NCBI GenBank assembly: GCA_946546815.1
Contig: CAMNOL010000001.1
Location: 4,998 to 68,997 of the forward strand
Source: an uncultured Oscillospiraceae bacterium
GTDB lineage: Bacteria > Bacillota > Clostridia > Oscillospirales > Oscillospiraceae
Direction of reading: 5' to 3'
Length of the DNA stretch: 64,000 nucleotides
The position numbers were made by a program, and so were the translations under genes. This document shows positions 29,771 to 38,352 of the stretch, in pieces. How positions within the stretch are numbered: position 1 is the first letter of the stretch; every line of letters starts with the position of its first letter. The notes below the pieces were generated by a model, which saw nothing but the letters and a program-made list of their open reading frames with translations, made no database searches and was not told the origin of the DNA.

Positions 29771-30973
29771 ATGACCGAAATTATCGGAGTCCGGTTCAAG
29801 GCCGGGGGAAAATTGTACTATTTCAACCCGAATGGAGAGCACGTGGATGTGGGACAGTCCGTCATCATTGAAACCTCCAAGGGTGTGGAGTTTGCCGAGT
29901 GCGTTCAGTCCAACACCATGGTGGACGAGATGGAGCTGGTAACCACCCTGCGTCCCATGCTGCGGGTGGCCACCGAGGAGGATTTCCGTCAGGTGGAGAA
30001 AAACAAAGAGCGGGAGAAGAGCGCTTTTGATATCTGCCAGCAGAAAATTCAGGAGCATAAGCTGGACATGAAGCTGGTAGAGGTCAAGTACAGCTTTGAC
30101 GGCAGCAAGATTCTTTTCTTCTTTACCGCTGACGGACGGGTGGACTTCCGTGGACTGGTCAAGGACCTGGCCGCTGTCTTTCACACCCGCATTGAGCTGC
30201 GCCAGATCGGCGTCCGGGATGAGGCCCGTATGATGGGCGGCCTGGGCATCTGCGGACGGCCCTTCTGCTGCTCGGCATTTCTCAACGATTTTCAGCCTGT
30301 TTCCATCAAAATGGCGAAAACTCAGAATATTTCACTGAATCCCACCAAGATTTCAGGCGCCTGCGGGCGGCTGATGTGCTGCCTGAAATATGAGCAGGAC
30401 GCCTATGAGGACCTGCTGAAGCACGCGCCCCGGCTGGATTCCCTGGTGCGGACCCCGGACGGAATCGGCGTCATCAACCAGGTCAACCTGCTTCGGGAGC
30501 AGTCCCGTGTGACGCTGGACAACGACCCGGATACTCCCAGGATCTATCCCAACAGTGACCTGGAGATCATTCGCAGCGGCAAGGGCAAGCGTCCTGCAGG
30601 CTATGAAAAGCCGGAGGCTCCCGCTGCGTCTGCTCCCGCGGTCAGGACTGCAAAGCCGGCGCCGGTGGAGGCTCAGGAACAGAGCGCCGTGCCTCAGCAG
30701 CGGAGCAAGCCACGTTCGAATCAGAACCGTCGGCCCGGCGCACGCCCCAATCCCCCAAAGCCCGGACAGGAAGAAGAGGCTCAGCAGAGCGCAGCGGCGC
30801 AGCAGCGGAAAAAGAGACGTCCCGTCGCGTCTGCCCCAGCGAAACCGGCGGAGGGAGCCGGAGCGGTTCAGGAGCAGGCACAGAAGAGCGGCAAGCGCAT
30901 TCCCCGGCGCCGGCATCGTCCGACCCGCCGCCGGAGCGGAGAGGGAGGAGCACCCAAAGCCCCGGAGGCGTAA
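29771..30973 (+). CDS. ricT: RicT/YaaT (PSP1 domain) with a long disordered C-terminal tail
   Basis: FFFTADGRVDFR, RIELRQIGVRDEA, GICGRPFCC, KISGACGRLMCCLKYE. Confidence 0.92.
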   Translation: MTEIIGVRFKAGGKLYYFNPNGEHVDVGQSVIIETSKGVEFAECVQSNTMVDEMELVTTLRPMLRVATEEDFRQVEKNKEREKSAFDICQQKIQEHKLDMKLVEVKYSFDGSKILFFFTADGRVDFRGLVKDLAAVFHTRIELRQIGVRDEARMMGGLGICGRPFCCSAFLNDFQPVSIKMAKTQNISLNPTKISGACGRLMCCLKYEQDAYEDLLKHAPRLDSLVRTPDGIGVINQVNLLREQSRVTLDNDPDTPRIYPNSDLEIIRSGKGKRPAGYEKPEAPAASAPAVRTAKPAPVEAQEQSAVPQQRSKPRSNQNRRPGARPNPPKPGQEEEAQQSAAAQQRKKRRPVASAPAKPAEGAGAVQEQAQKSGKRIPRRRHRPTRRRSGEGGAPKAPEA

Positions 30974-30981
30974 TCAATGAT

Positions 30982-31020
30982 AAAATCCCGGAGAAACCAT
31001 TGATTTCTCCGGGATTTTTT
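30982..31020. terminator. Bidirectional terminator
   Basis: AAAATCCCGGAGAAA/TTTCTCCGGGATTTT between convergent genes. Confidence 0.88.
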
Positions 31021-31042
31021 GTTTTGACTGGGGGCTTCCGCG

Positions 31043-33562
31043 TTATTTTTTCTTGGTTGAGCTGGAAGCTTTCACAGCGCTGATGTTTGCAAAGGTGTTG
31101 CGGGAGGCCGAAATTTTGGAGCCGGAGGCCGCATAGACCGCTGCTTTTTTGGCGTAAACCACATTGTACAGTGCGCTGATGCCGGATTTGCTCTTACCGG
31201 TGGCGTAGATTCCGTAATTGGCAGAGGAGGAAAGGGTGTTTTTGGTTCCCTTTTTGCCGATGGTGACGGCGGTGTCTCCGGACAGATAAACCGCGTAGCT
31301 TTTGGCGGAAACAGAACAGCGCTGAATATTAATATTCTTTGACTTTTTGACGTAAATACCGATACTTCCGGCCTTATCCGTGGCCTTTACGGTGTTCTTC
31401 TCCAGCAGGATCCGGGCCGTGGAAGTGCCAGCGCTTTCTGTGAGAAGAATTCCGTGGGAGTTGATGCCGGAAATGCTGTTGGAGGTCAGCTTGCCCGCAG
31501 TGCAGTGGTCAAGGTAGATACCGCAGCCCCGGGCGTCCTGACCGGCGACAATGCCGGACACCTTATTTCCGGTGACATTGTAGGAACCCGCATAGGCCAG
31601 GAAAATACCCGAGCTTCTGGCGCAGGAGATGGTATTCTTGCTGATGGTCACGCCGGTCAGGAAGAATTTCTTATGATAGTATGAAGAGACGTTGCTGTTC
31701 TTTCCGGTGAAGTATCCGCCGTACACGTAAATACCGCTGGCATTGGACAGAGAGGATCCCTTTTTCACCGCAATCTTGTTGCCGGAGATGATGGTTTTTG
31801 CGTTATAGGTCTTGACAGTCCCATACTTCGGCAGGCCGCTGATGGGAACATAGTAGTTGCCGTCGGGGGCAAAGCAAAGTGCGTTGAATTCGATTCCGCC
31901 GCCGCAGTTGGAGATCACGTTGCCGGTGATGGCGCAGTTCCGGTAATTCTGGCAGTAAATCGCCTGGTATTTGACGTTCTTGAAGGTGTTGCTCTGTATG
32001 ACGATGTTGTCGTACTGCTTGCCGAACGCCGCGCTGTGGCTGCCCACGCCCCGGGAAAGATTGACAAAGGTGTTCTTGTAGACCACCACGTTGCCGGAGA
32101 CAGTGTCGTCGTAGCGGGCGTAGGTGGGGGTCAGGTTGGAGCTGTTGGTCACATCAATCTGCAGGGCTTCGTTCCGGTTGATGCCCTTGGTGTAGCCGGA
32201 GTCCTTGTAGTCTGTAAAGGAGCAGCCCACCACGGAGACGTCCTTGACGCCGCACAGCTCCAGATGATGGCCGCTGACAGAGCCTTTGAAGTTCACATTG
32301 GCGATGAGAATGTCATGGTCGTGCCCAAAGCGTACGCCGGAAAAATGCTTCTTTGAGCCATGGGCCTTGATGTTGACGTCAATGGTGCCGCCCTCCAGAA
32401 TGATATTGCTCTCCCCGTTGTAGCCGGAAACACGGTCGCCTGACTTGCCGGCTCGAATAAAGGCGCGGTTCAGCGTATCCTTTTTTATAAGCGTCACGCC
32501 GTTCATGGACAGCCAGGTGTTGGAGTAAAGGTGAATGCAGCGATTGACACTGGAGGAAAGCGTACCGTCAATGTAGTATGTCCCTTTGGGAATCACTACC
32601 TTGAACATGGTCCCAGCATAAGCCTTCTCATCGGCGCGGACACGCACCAGATTCATCACCGACTCAATGTAATCGATGTTTTTCTTGCCTGCAGAGGCTT
32701 TGTTGGGCACCAGGTCGGTCACCTGCAGGGTGATCAGACGGGTGTAAGTCACCGCTGCGCCCAGGGCTTTTTTGGTGGAATTTTCGTAATCAGAGAAGCT
32801 CCCGGCGGTCAGAACCTGAGTGGAAGAAAACTTACGGTCGCTGATTTCCTTGGCATGGACTTTTGATGAAGATTTGGAAGACTGAGCATCCAAGGATTTG
32901 GGATCAGGTTCCGCATCTTCCACTTCTGCCTCTTCCATTTCGGAGACGGAAGCATCGGGATCTGCCTCGATGCTTTCATCGGAGGAATCCTCACCGGTGC
33001 CGGACTGAGAAGCATCCTCAGAGGGGACATCCGAAGGAACGGAGTCTGAACCGCTGGAGTCTGAACCGCTGGAGTCAGAGGACCCGGAGGAACTGGAGGA
33101 GCTGGAAGAACTAGAGGACCCGGAGGAGTCAGAATACCCGGGGTCACTGGAGGAGTCAGAGGACCCAGAAGAGCTCGAAGAGCCGGAGGAGTCGTCCTGT
33201 TTTGCAGCTTCTTCTGCCTTCTTGCGCTCTTCCTCTTCTTTTTGTCTCTGTTCTTCTTCTGCTTTTTTACGTTCTTCCTCTTCCTTTCGCTTCTGCTCCT
33301 CTTCTGCCTTTTTGCGCTCTTCCTCTTCTTTTTGTCTCTGCTCTTCTTCTTTTTTCTTCTGTTCTTCCTCTGCCTTTTTACGTTCTTCCTCTTCTTTTTT
33401 CTTCTGCTCTTCTTCCTTCTTCTTTGCCGCCGCCTCATCCTGGTCAGAAGAGGAGACTGTGCTCACAGAGCTGCCGGAGTCCGATGCCAGTACCGGAGCA
33501 CCGCACAGAGAAAACACCATGGCAAGCGCCAGAAGCAGGGACAGGATGCGGGAGTATTTCAT
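31043..33562 (-). CDS. Secreted protein: signal peptide, E/K-rich helix, Ser-rich linker, right-handed parallel beta-helix domain
   Basis: MKYSRILSLLLALAMVFSLC...VLA signal; repeated N-x-I-x-x-N beta-helix pattern (NIVIQSNTF, ITGNVIS, ISGNKI, VTGNKVS). Confidence 0.8.
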   Translation of the reverse strand: MKYSRILSLLLALAMVFSLCGAPVLASDSGSSVSTVSSSDQDEAAAKKKEEEQKKKEEEERKKAEEEQKKKEEEQRQKEEEERKKAEEEQKRKEEEERKKAEEEQRQKEEEERKKAEEAAKQDDSSGSSSSSGSSDSSSDPGYSDSSGSSSSSSSSSSSGSSDSSGSDSSGSDSVPSDVPSEDASQSGTGEDSSDESIEADPDASVSEMEEAEVEDAEPDPKSLDAQSSKSSSKVHAKEISDRKFSSTQVLTAGSFSDYENSTKKALGAAVTYTRLITLQVTDLVPNKASAGKKNIDYIESVMNLVRVRADEKAYAGTMFKVVIPKGTYYIDGTLSSSVNRCIHLYSNTWLSMNGVTLIKKDTLNRAFIRAGKSGDRVSGYNGESNIILEGGTIDVNIKAHGSKKHFSGVRFGHDHDILIANVNFKGSVSGHHLELCGVKDVSVVGCSFTDYKDSGYTKGINRNEALQIDVTNSSNLTPTYARYDDTVSGNVVVYKNTFVNLSRGVGSHSAAFGKQYDNIVIQSNTFKNVKYQAIYCQNYRNCAITGNVISNCGGGIEFNALCFAPDGNYYVPISGLPKYGTVKTYNAKTIISGNKIAVKKGSSLSNASGIYVYGGYFTGKNSNVSSYYHKKFFLTGVTISKNTISCARSSGIFLAYAGSYNVTGNKVSGIVAGQDARGCGIYLDHCTAGKLTSNSISGINSHGILLTESAGTSTARILLEKNTVKATDKAGSIGIYVKKSKNINIQRCSVSAKSYAVYLSGDTAVTIGKKGTKNTLSSSANYGIYATGKSKSGISALYNVVYAKKAAVYAASGSKISASRNTFANISAVKASSSTKKK
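33030..33430 (-). repeat. Coding tandem repeats: about 45-bp EEQxxKEEEERKKAE units and SSGS/SD low-complexity units
   Basis: Repeated TCTTCCTCTTC/TTCTGC blocks on the plus strand match the translated repeats. Confidence 0.85.
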
Positions 33563-34104
33563 AATTTGCCTTCTCTCACCAGATTTGCGGCTTTTAATAT
33601 GCCAATCTGGGATTTTGCGTCGGGGATTTCGTTGTTCATGACCATTTCCAGGGCTTTGTCCAGCGGAATCTTTTCTACTTCCAGAAACTCATCCGGGTCC
33701 AGATCCTGGTGGGTGCTGCTGCTGACCCGGCAGGCCCAGATACGGAGCAGCTCGTTGGTGTAGCCCGGAGTGGGATAGGCGGTGCCCAGATAGATAAAAT
33801 GCTCTGCCAGGCAGCCGGTTTCCTCCCGCAGTTCCCGCTGCATCGCTTCGTAGGGATCCTCCCCTGCTTCCAGTTTGCCGGCGGGAATCTCCAAAATCAC
33901 TTCATCATAGGCGTAGCGGAACTGGCGCACGAAGAACACCTCGTTCTCCGGAGTCAGCGCCACAATCGAGCAGCCGCCGGGGTGTTCTACCTCCTCCCGC
34001 TTGGCCAGCTCACCGTTGGGAAGACGCACGTCATCCACCTTCATGTTGATGACCTTTCCCTTGTAATAGTAGGTGCTGCTGATCTTCTCTTCTCTCAGGT
34101 TCAT
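33559..34104 (-). CDS. NUDIX hydrolase (ADP-ribose pyrophosphatase-like)
   Basis: Nudix box GKLEAGEDPYEAMQRELREETG, REEVEHPGG, DPDEFLE; ATGA overlap with the downstream gene. Confidence 0.92.
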   Translation of the reverse strand: MNLREEKISSTYYYKGKVINMKVDDVRLPNGELAKREEVEHPGGCSIVALTPENEVFFVRQFRYAYDEVILEIPAGKLEAGEDPYEAMQRELREETGCLAEHFIYLGTAYPTPGYTNELLRIWACRVSSSTHQDLDPDEFLEVEKIPLDKALEMVMNNEIPDAKSQIGILKAANLVREGKL

Positions 34105-34156
34105 GGTACATCCCTCCCGTAATGGTGTTTCTGCGGTATATTGATTGATTGCGGAC

Positions 34157-34648
34157 TCAAACGAACCAGAATCCGACGATTCCGGACAAAATTCCAACTG
34201 CCGCCCCGACGATGACGTCCCGGGGCCAGTGAACGCCTCCGATGACCCTGCACAGAGCCAGTCCCACGCCCATCACCAGAAAGACAGCCCCCAGGGGAGG
34301 CAGCAGCCACAGAAATGTCATGGAAATGACAAAAACGGAAAACACATGGCGGCTTGGAAAGCTCTTTCCTTTTGCGTCTTTGCGGATGAGAGGACAGATG
34401 TCCAGCACCTCGTAGGGGCGTTTTTCGTTGTGGAGATTCCGGTAAGCGGACAACAACAGAAAGGAAACAGCGGGAACCAACACCGAACGGACAAGCCGGG
34501 GGTCCCGCCGGACCGCCAGCACTGCCAGACACGCCGGATAGGCTCCGTAGCACAGGGCGGTCAGCAGAGAATTGACCCAATTCAGCAATTTCCTGCGTTT
34601 TTCCGTGCGAAAAGGGGCGGAAATGCGCTCGTAGCCCTGAGCGGTCAT
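34157..34648 (-). CDS. PAP2-family membrane phosphatase
   Basis: KRPYE, SFPSRH, CRVIGGVHWPRD; 4 TM segments. Confidence 0.88.
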   Translation of the reverse strand: MTAQGYERISAPFRTEKRRKLLNWVNSLLTALCYGAYPACLAVLAVRRDPRLVRSVLVPAVSFLLLSAYRNLHNEKRPYEVLDICPLIRKDAKGKSFPSRHVFSVFVISMTFLWLLPPLGAVFLVMGVGLALCRVIGGVHWPRDVIVGAAVGILSGIVGFWFV

Positions 34649-35230
34649 TTATTCCTTGCCTTCCAGGAAATAGGTGGCCTCGCTGTCCGCCGCGTGGAGG
34701 GCGTAAGCAAGGGGGAACATCTCAAAGGCTTTGCCCACATCCCGGTTGTCCTCCGTGCCGGAGAAGCCCATGTGGTAACGGATGGCAAAGGCCTCTTCCC
34801 TTGTCAGGCGCATATAGCCGTTGATGATATACACGCTCTTTTCGCCGTGACCATAGGGCATGGGATCATCAAACTGATACACCAGCTGCTGTCTCCAGCT
34901 GCCGTCGGGTTGCTTCACGTTCCGGGTGGAGGTTTTGTAGCACCCTGCCTTGCACAGGTCGTGCAGCAGTGCGACAATTGCGATGCTTTCCTCGGTGTAG
35001 CCCAGGTTGTATTCCTCCTGTACCCGAGGGCGGTTCATCCAGTCCACCAGACAGTCATAGACGTTCAGGCTGTGCTCACACAGTCCGCCCTCATAGGCGC
35101 TGTGGTAGCGGGCCGAGGCCGGAGCGGTAAAAAAGTCACATTTGTTTTCCAGGTAGTCCAGCAGCTCCGCCGCGCCGGGACGCTTGATTTTTTCTTTATA
35201 AATCTGAATAAATTCTTCTTTAACAGTCAT
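34649..35230 (-). CDS. HD-domain phosphohydrolase
   Basis: YHSAYEGGLCEH, LLHDLCK, GHGEKS, YHMG, LHAAD. Confidence 0.88.
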   Translation of the reverse strand: MTVKEEFIQIYKEKIKRPGAAELLDYLENKCDFFTAPASARYHSAYEGGLCEHSLNVYDCLVDWMNRPRVQEEYNLGYTEESIAIVALLHDLCKAGCYKTSTRNVKQPDGSWRQQLVYQFDDPMPYGHGEKSVYIINGYMRLTREEAFAIRYHMGFSGTEDNRDVGKAFEMFPLAYALHAADSEATYFLEGKE

Positions 35231-35381
35231 TTATCTGCCAATCCTTTCAGGAATTAACCTCATCATTCATCAGACGCTCCCGGAAGAACGCCGGTTGAAC
35301 TCATTTTACCACAGAAAAGGGAAGAAATAAATGGAAATTTGCATAATCTCTAAAAAATGCAGGAGCAGCAGGGCGCTGTCC

Positions 35382-35411
35382 TTGACAGAGAAATGAAAAC
35401 TGTGATAAAAT
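35382..35411 (+). promoter_or_regulatory. Promoter of tRNA-Leu/mutY
   Basis: TTGACA-18 bp (with TG)-TAAAAT. Confidence 0.7.
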
Positions 35412-35422
35412 ACCCTGCGTAT

Positions 35423-35502
35423 GCGGGTATGATGGAATTGGCAGACATGCAAGATTTAGGTTCTTGTGCTTCGGCGTGTGGGTTCGACTCCCACTACCCG
35501 TA
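35423..35502 (+). tRNA. tRNA-Leu (anticodon TAG)
   Basis: Acceptor GCGGGTA/TACCCGT, D-loop GGAATTGGCAGAC, anticodon arm CAAGA-TTTAGGT-TCTTG, T-loop GGTTCGACTCC, discriminator A; CCA not encoded. Confidence 0.95.
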
Positions 35503-35562
35503 TTTTCAGGGTCAAAACGCTTTTTCAGGCGTTTTGATTTTTTCTTATCCGGAGAAAATCGT

Positions 35563-36621
35563 ATGGCTGATTTAATCGAAAAATGCACAAATATGGTGCC
35601 CGGCCTGCTGGATTGGTACCATGACCACCGGCGCACTCTGCCATGGCGCAGTGATCCCACTCCCTATCACGTCTGGGTTTCGGAGATCATGCTCCAGCAG
35701 ACCCGGGTTGCGGCGGTGCTGGACTATTATGCCAGATTTATGAACGCCCTGCCTTCGGTGTCGGATCTTGCCGGGGTGGAAGAGGACGTGCTGCTGAAGC
35801 TCTGGCAGGGGCTGGGCTACTACAACCGGGCCCGCAACCTGCAGAAGGCCGCAAAAGTGGTGATGGAACAGTACAACGGCACTTTTCCCGGGACATATGA
35901 GGAGCTGATTCAGCTGCCAGGCATCGGAGATTACACCGCCGGAGCCATTGCATCCATCGCCTTCGGGCAGGCAGTGCCTGCGGTAGACGGAAATGTGCTG
36001 CGGGTGATGGCCCGGATCACCGGTGACGAGGGCGATATCACCCGGCCGGATACCAAAAAGCGCATCCGGCAGCTGATCTCGGACACCATGCCCCGAAGCC
36101 TGCCCGGGGACTACAATCAGGCCCTGATGGAACTGGGAGCGCTGGTGTGCCTGCCCAACGGTGCGCCGGACTGTGAGCACTGCCCGGTGCGGGCTCTCTG
36201 CACCGCGGCGCTGGAAGGGCGCACGGCGGAGCTGCCGGTGAAAAAGGCCAAGGCCGCCAGAAAGGTGGAGAGCCGGCGGGTCTATCTGATTTTCCGGGAG
36301 GGAAAGGTTGCGCTGCGCCGCAGGCCCAAAGGGGGGCTGCTGGCCCGACTGTGGGAGTTTCCCAATGAATTGACCGGGGATAAACCGGAAATCGGGAACC
36401 ATCTGACCCTTTTGGAGGAAGGTCCCAAAGGAAAGCACATCTTCACCCACCGGGAATGGCACATGGAGTCCGGTATCTACCGGGCAGAGACAGCGGAACT
36501 TCCGGAGAGCTGGGTGTGGGCAGGCCCGGAAGAGCTGAATGAGGTGTACGCCGTGCCCAATGCCTTTGACCCGTTCAAACCCGCTGTGCTTCAATATCTG
36601 AGAAAAGAGGAACGCGTATGA
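35563..36621 (+). CDS. mutY: A/G-specific adenine glycosylase
   Basis: LPWR...PYHVWVSEIMLQQT, WQGLGYYNRARNL, LPGIGDYTAGAI, 4Fe-4S cluster C-x6-C-x2-C-x5-C. Confidence 0.95.
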   Translation: MADLIEKCTNMVPGLLDWYHDHRRTLPWRSDPTPYHVWVSEIMLQQTRVAAVLDYYARFMNALPSVSDLAGVEEDVLLKLWQGLGYYNRARNLQKAAKVVMEQYNGTFPGTYEELIQLPGIGDYTAGAIASIAFGQAVPAVDGNVLRVMARITGDEGDITRPDTKKRIRQLISDTMPRSLPGDYNQALMELGALVCLPNGAPDCEHCPVRALCTAALEGRTAELPVKKAKAARKVESRRVYLIFREGKVALRRRPKGGLLARLWEFPNELTGDKPEIGNHLTLLEEGPKGKHIFTHREWHMESGIYRAETAELPESWVWAGPEELNEVYAVPNAFDPFKPAVLQYLRKEERV

Positions 36622-37493
36622 TCTGCAATCTGTGCCCGCGACGGTGCGGAGCGCTGCGGACGGAAACGGAGGGACAGGGCTTCTGCGGGATGCCGGAGCA
36701 GGTTTACCTGGCCCGGGCGGCGCTGCACCACTGGGAGGAGCCGCCCATTTCCGGCACCCGTGGCTCCGGAGCGGTGTTCTTTTCCGGCTGTCCCCTCCAG
36801 TGCGTGTTCTGCCAGAACGACCAGATCAGCCGGCAAAGGCTGGGAAAACCGGTGAGCGAGGAGCGGCTGAAGGAGATTTTTCAGGAGCTGATCGCCCAGG
36901 GTGCCCATAACATCAACCTGGTCTCCCCCACCCACTACGCCCATGTGCTTTGCAGCGCGCTTTCTGAGCCGCTGCCTGTGCCGGTGGTCTGGAACACCGG
37001 CGGATATGAGCGGGTGGAGACCTTGCAGGCATTGGAGGGCAAGGTGGATGTGTACCTCCCCGACCTGAAATACGTGGACGGTCAGCAGGCGGAGCGGTAT
37101 TCCGGCGCAAAGGATTATCCGGAAACGGCGAAGGCCGCCATTCTGGAGATGTTTCGTCAGGTTGGTCCGGTACAGCTGGACGAAAACGGCATCCTTCAGA
37201 AGGGAGTAATCATCCGTCATCTGATTCTGCCCGGTCAGCTGCCCGCCGCCAAAGCGGTGATGGACTGGGTCAGCCAGCAGTTCCGGCCCGGGGAGGTGCT
37301 GTTCTCCCTGATGAGCCAGTATGTTCCCTTGGGACGGGCGGCGGAGTACCGGGAGATCAACCGCCCCCTGCGCAAGGCGGAGGCCCGCAACGCCGCTCAG
37401 TACATGGAAAATCTGGGATTGGAGGGCTTTACCCAGGAAATGACGGCGGCAAGCGCTCAGTATGTGCCGAATTTTGATTTTTCCGGTGTGTAG
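36618..37493 (+). CDS. Radical SAM protein (PflX-like)
   Basis: N-terminal CNLCPRRC, HHWEEPPISG, GCPLQCVFCQN, VYLPDLKY, RHLILPG; ATGA overlap with mutY. Confidence 0.88.
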   Translation: MICNLCPRRCGALRTETEGQGFCGMPEQVYLARAALHHWEEPPISGTRGSGAVFFSGCPLQCVFCQNDQISRQRLGKPVSEERLKEIFQELIAQGAHNINLVSPTHYAHVLCSALSEPLPVPVVWNTGGYERVETLQALEGKVDVYLPDLKYVDGQQAERYSGAKDYPETAKAAILEMFRQVGPVQLDENGILQKGVIIRHLILPGQLPAAKAVMDWVSQQFRPGEVLFSLMSQYVPLGRAAEYREINRPLRKAEARNAAQYMENLGLEGFTQEMTAASAQYVPNFDFSGV

Positions 37494-37583
37494 GGCGGGC
37501 GTTGTCCGGCACTCCGGCAGAGGCCATGCCCCGACCTCGGTCTGCTGACGGGGCAATGGGGAACGACGGATCAAGTCTGAATG

Positions 37584-37615
37584 AAAAAAAGCAGAGGCTT
37601 TTGACCTCTGCTTTT
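37584..37615. terminator. Bidirectional terminator
   Basis: AAAAGCAGAGG/CCTCTGCTTTT. Confidence 0.8.
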
Positions 37616-37631
37616 ATAGTTTTATGTACTG

Positions 37632-37991
37632 TTACAGCCTGGAAATGGCGTTTCCCAGCAGGATCAGTGCTACACCGATGATTTTTTTCTTGGTTGGTTT
37701 CTCTTTCAGAATCAGGAAACCAAACAGGAAGATCCAGATAAAGCTGGTGGAGGTGATGCAGGGCAGCACGGAAATGGGCACCTGCTTCACCGCAATCTGG
37801 TTCAGCGCCAGGGACAGGAACAGAAATCCGTAGGCCAAAATGACCCGCAGGTTCAGGAACTTCCAGAGAAAGCCCTTTTTGCCCACTGTGTTGTTGGCCT
37901 GTTTTTTCAGCAGAATCTGGCCGGCGGTGGAGATAAACACTGCTACAAAGGCGATGCTGTAGCACAGCAGCGGAGTGAACTCAATGGTCAT
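37632..37991 (-). CDS. Small 4-TM SMR/EamA-type protein (ArnE/F-like flippase subunit)
   Basis: GQILLK...LKEKPTKKKIIGVALILLG; overlaps its partner by 11 nt. Confidence 0.8.
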   Translation of the reverse strand: MTIEFTPLLCYSIAFVAVFISTAGQILLKKQANNTVGKKGFLWKFLNLRVILAYGFLFLSLALNQIAVKQVPISVLPCITSTSFIWIFLFGFLILKEKPTKKKIIGVALILLGNAISRL

Positions 37992-38340
37992 CGGACAGAC
38001 TCACCACCATTCCTACAATGATAATCGCCATACCGATGTATTGATTCACCGTAATGGTCTCGTTGAACAGCACCTTGGCCCACACGAAAATCAGCACATA
38101 GGTCAGACCCTTGCGCATATAGGCGGTGGTCAGGGGCAGCCGCTCCAGCAGCAGCTGCCACGCCACAGCGTACAGAGCCAGGATTCCCAGCGCCACAGCG
38201 AACCAGAACAGGTACATGGGAGAGAGCACCGGGTAATCCTTGCTCATCTTCAGCACGGAGGAGGACAGACTCTCAAACACGATGGCCAAAATCGCCAGTG
38301 TGTACAGATTTCGCTTGTTGTCTAAGAATTTATCTAACAA
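37981..38340 (-). CDS. Small 4-TM SMR/EamA-type protein (ArnE/F-like flippase subunit)
   Basis: WQLLLERLPLTTAY...LFNETITVNQYIG. Confidence 0.8.
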   Translation of the reverse strand: MLDKFLDNKRNLYTLAILAIVFESLSSSVLKMSKDYPVLSPMYLFWFAVALGILALYAVAWQLLLERLPLTTAYMRKGLTYVLIFVWAKVLFNETITVNQYIGMAIIIVGMVVSLSDDH

Positions 38341-38352
38341 AGTATCGACCTC

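Noticed and set aside
33030-33430. Tandem repeats as a possible CRISPR array or satellite
   Set aside because: The units are in-frame coding repeats with no unique spacers, and there are no cas genes.
35423-35560. tRNA-Leu as an integration site for a genomic island
   Set aside because: No integrase, no duplicated tRNA 3' end in the window, and the downstream genes are housekeeping.
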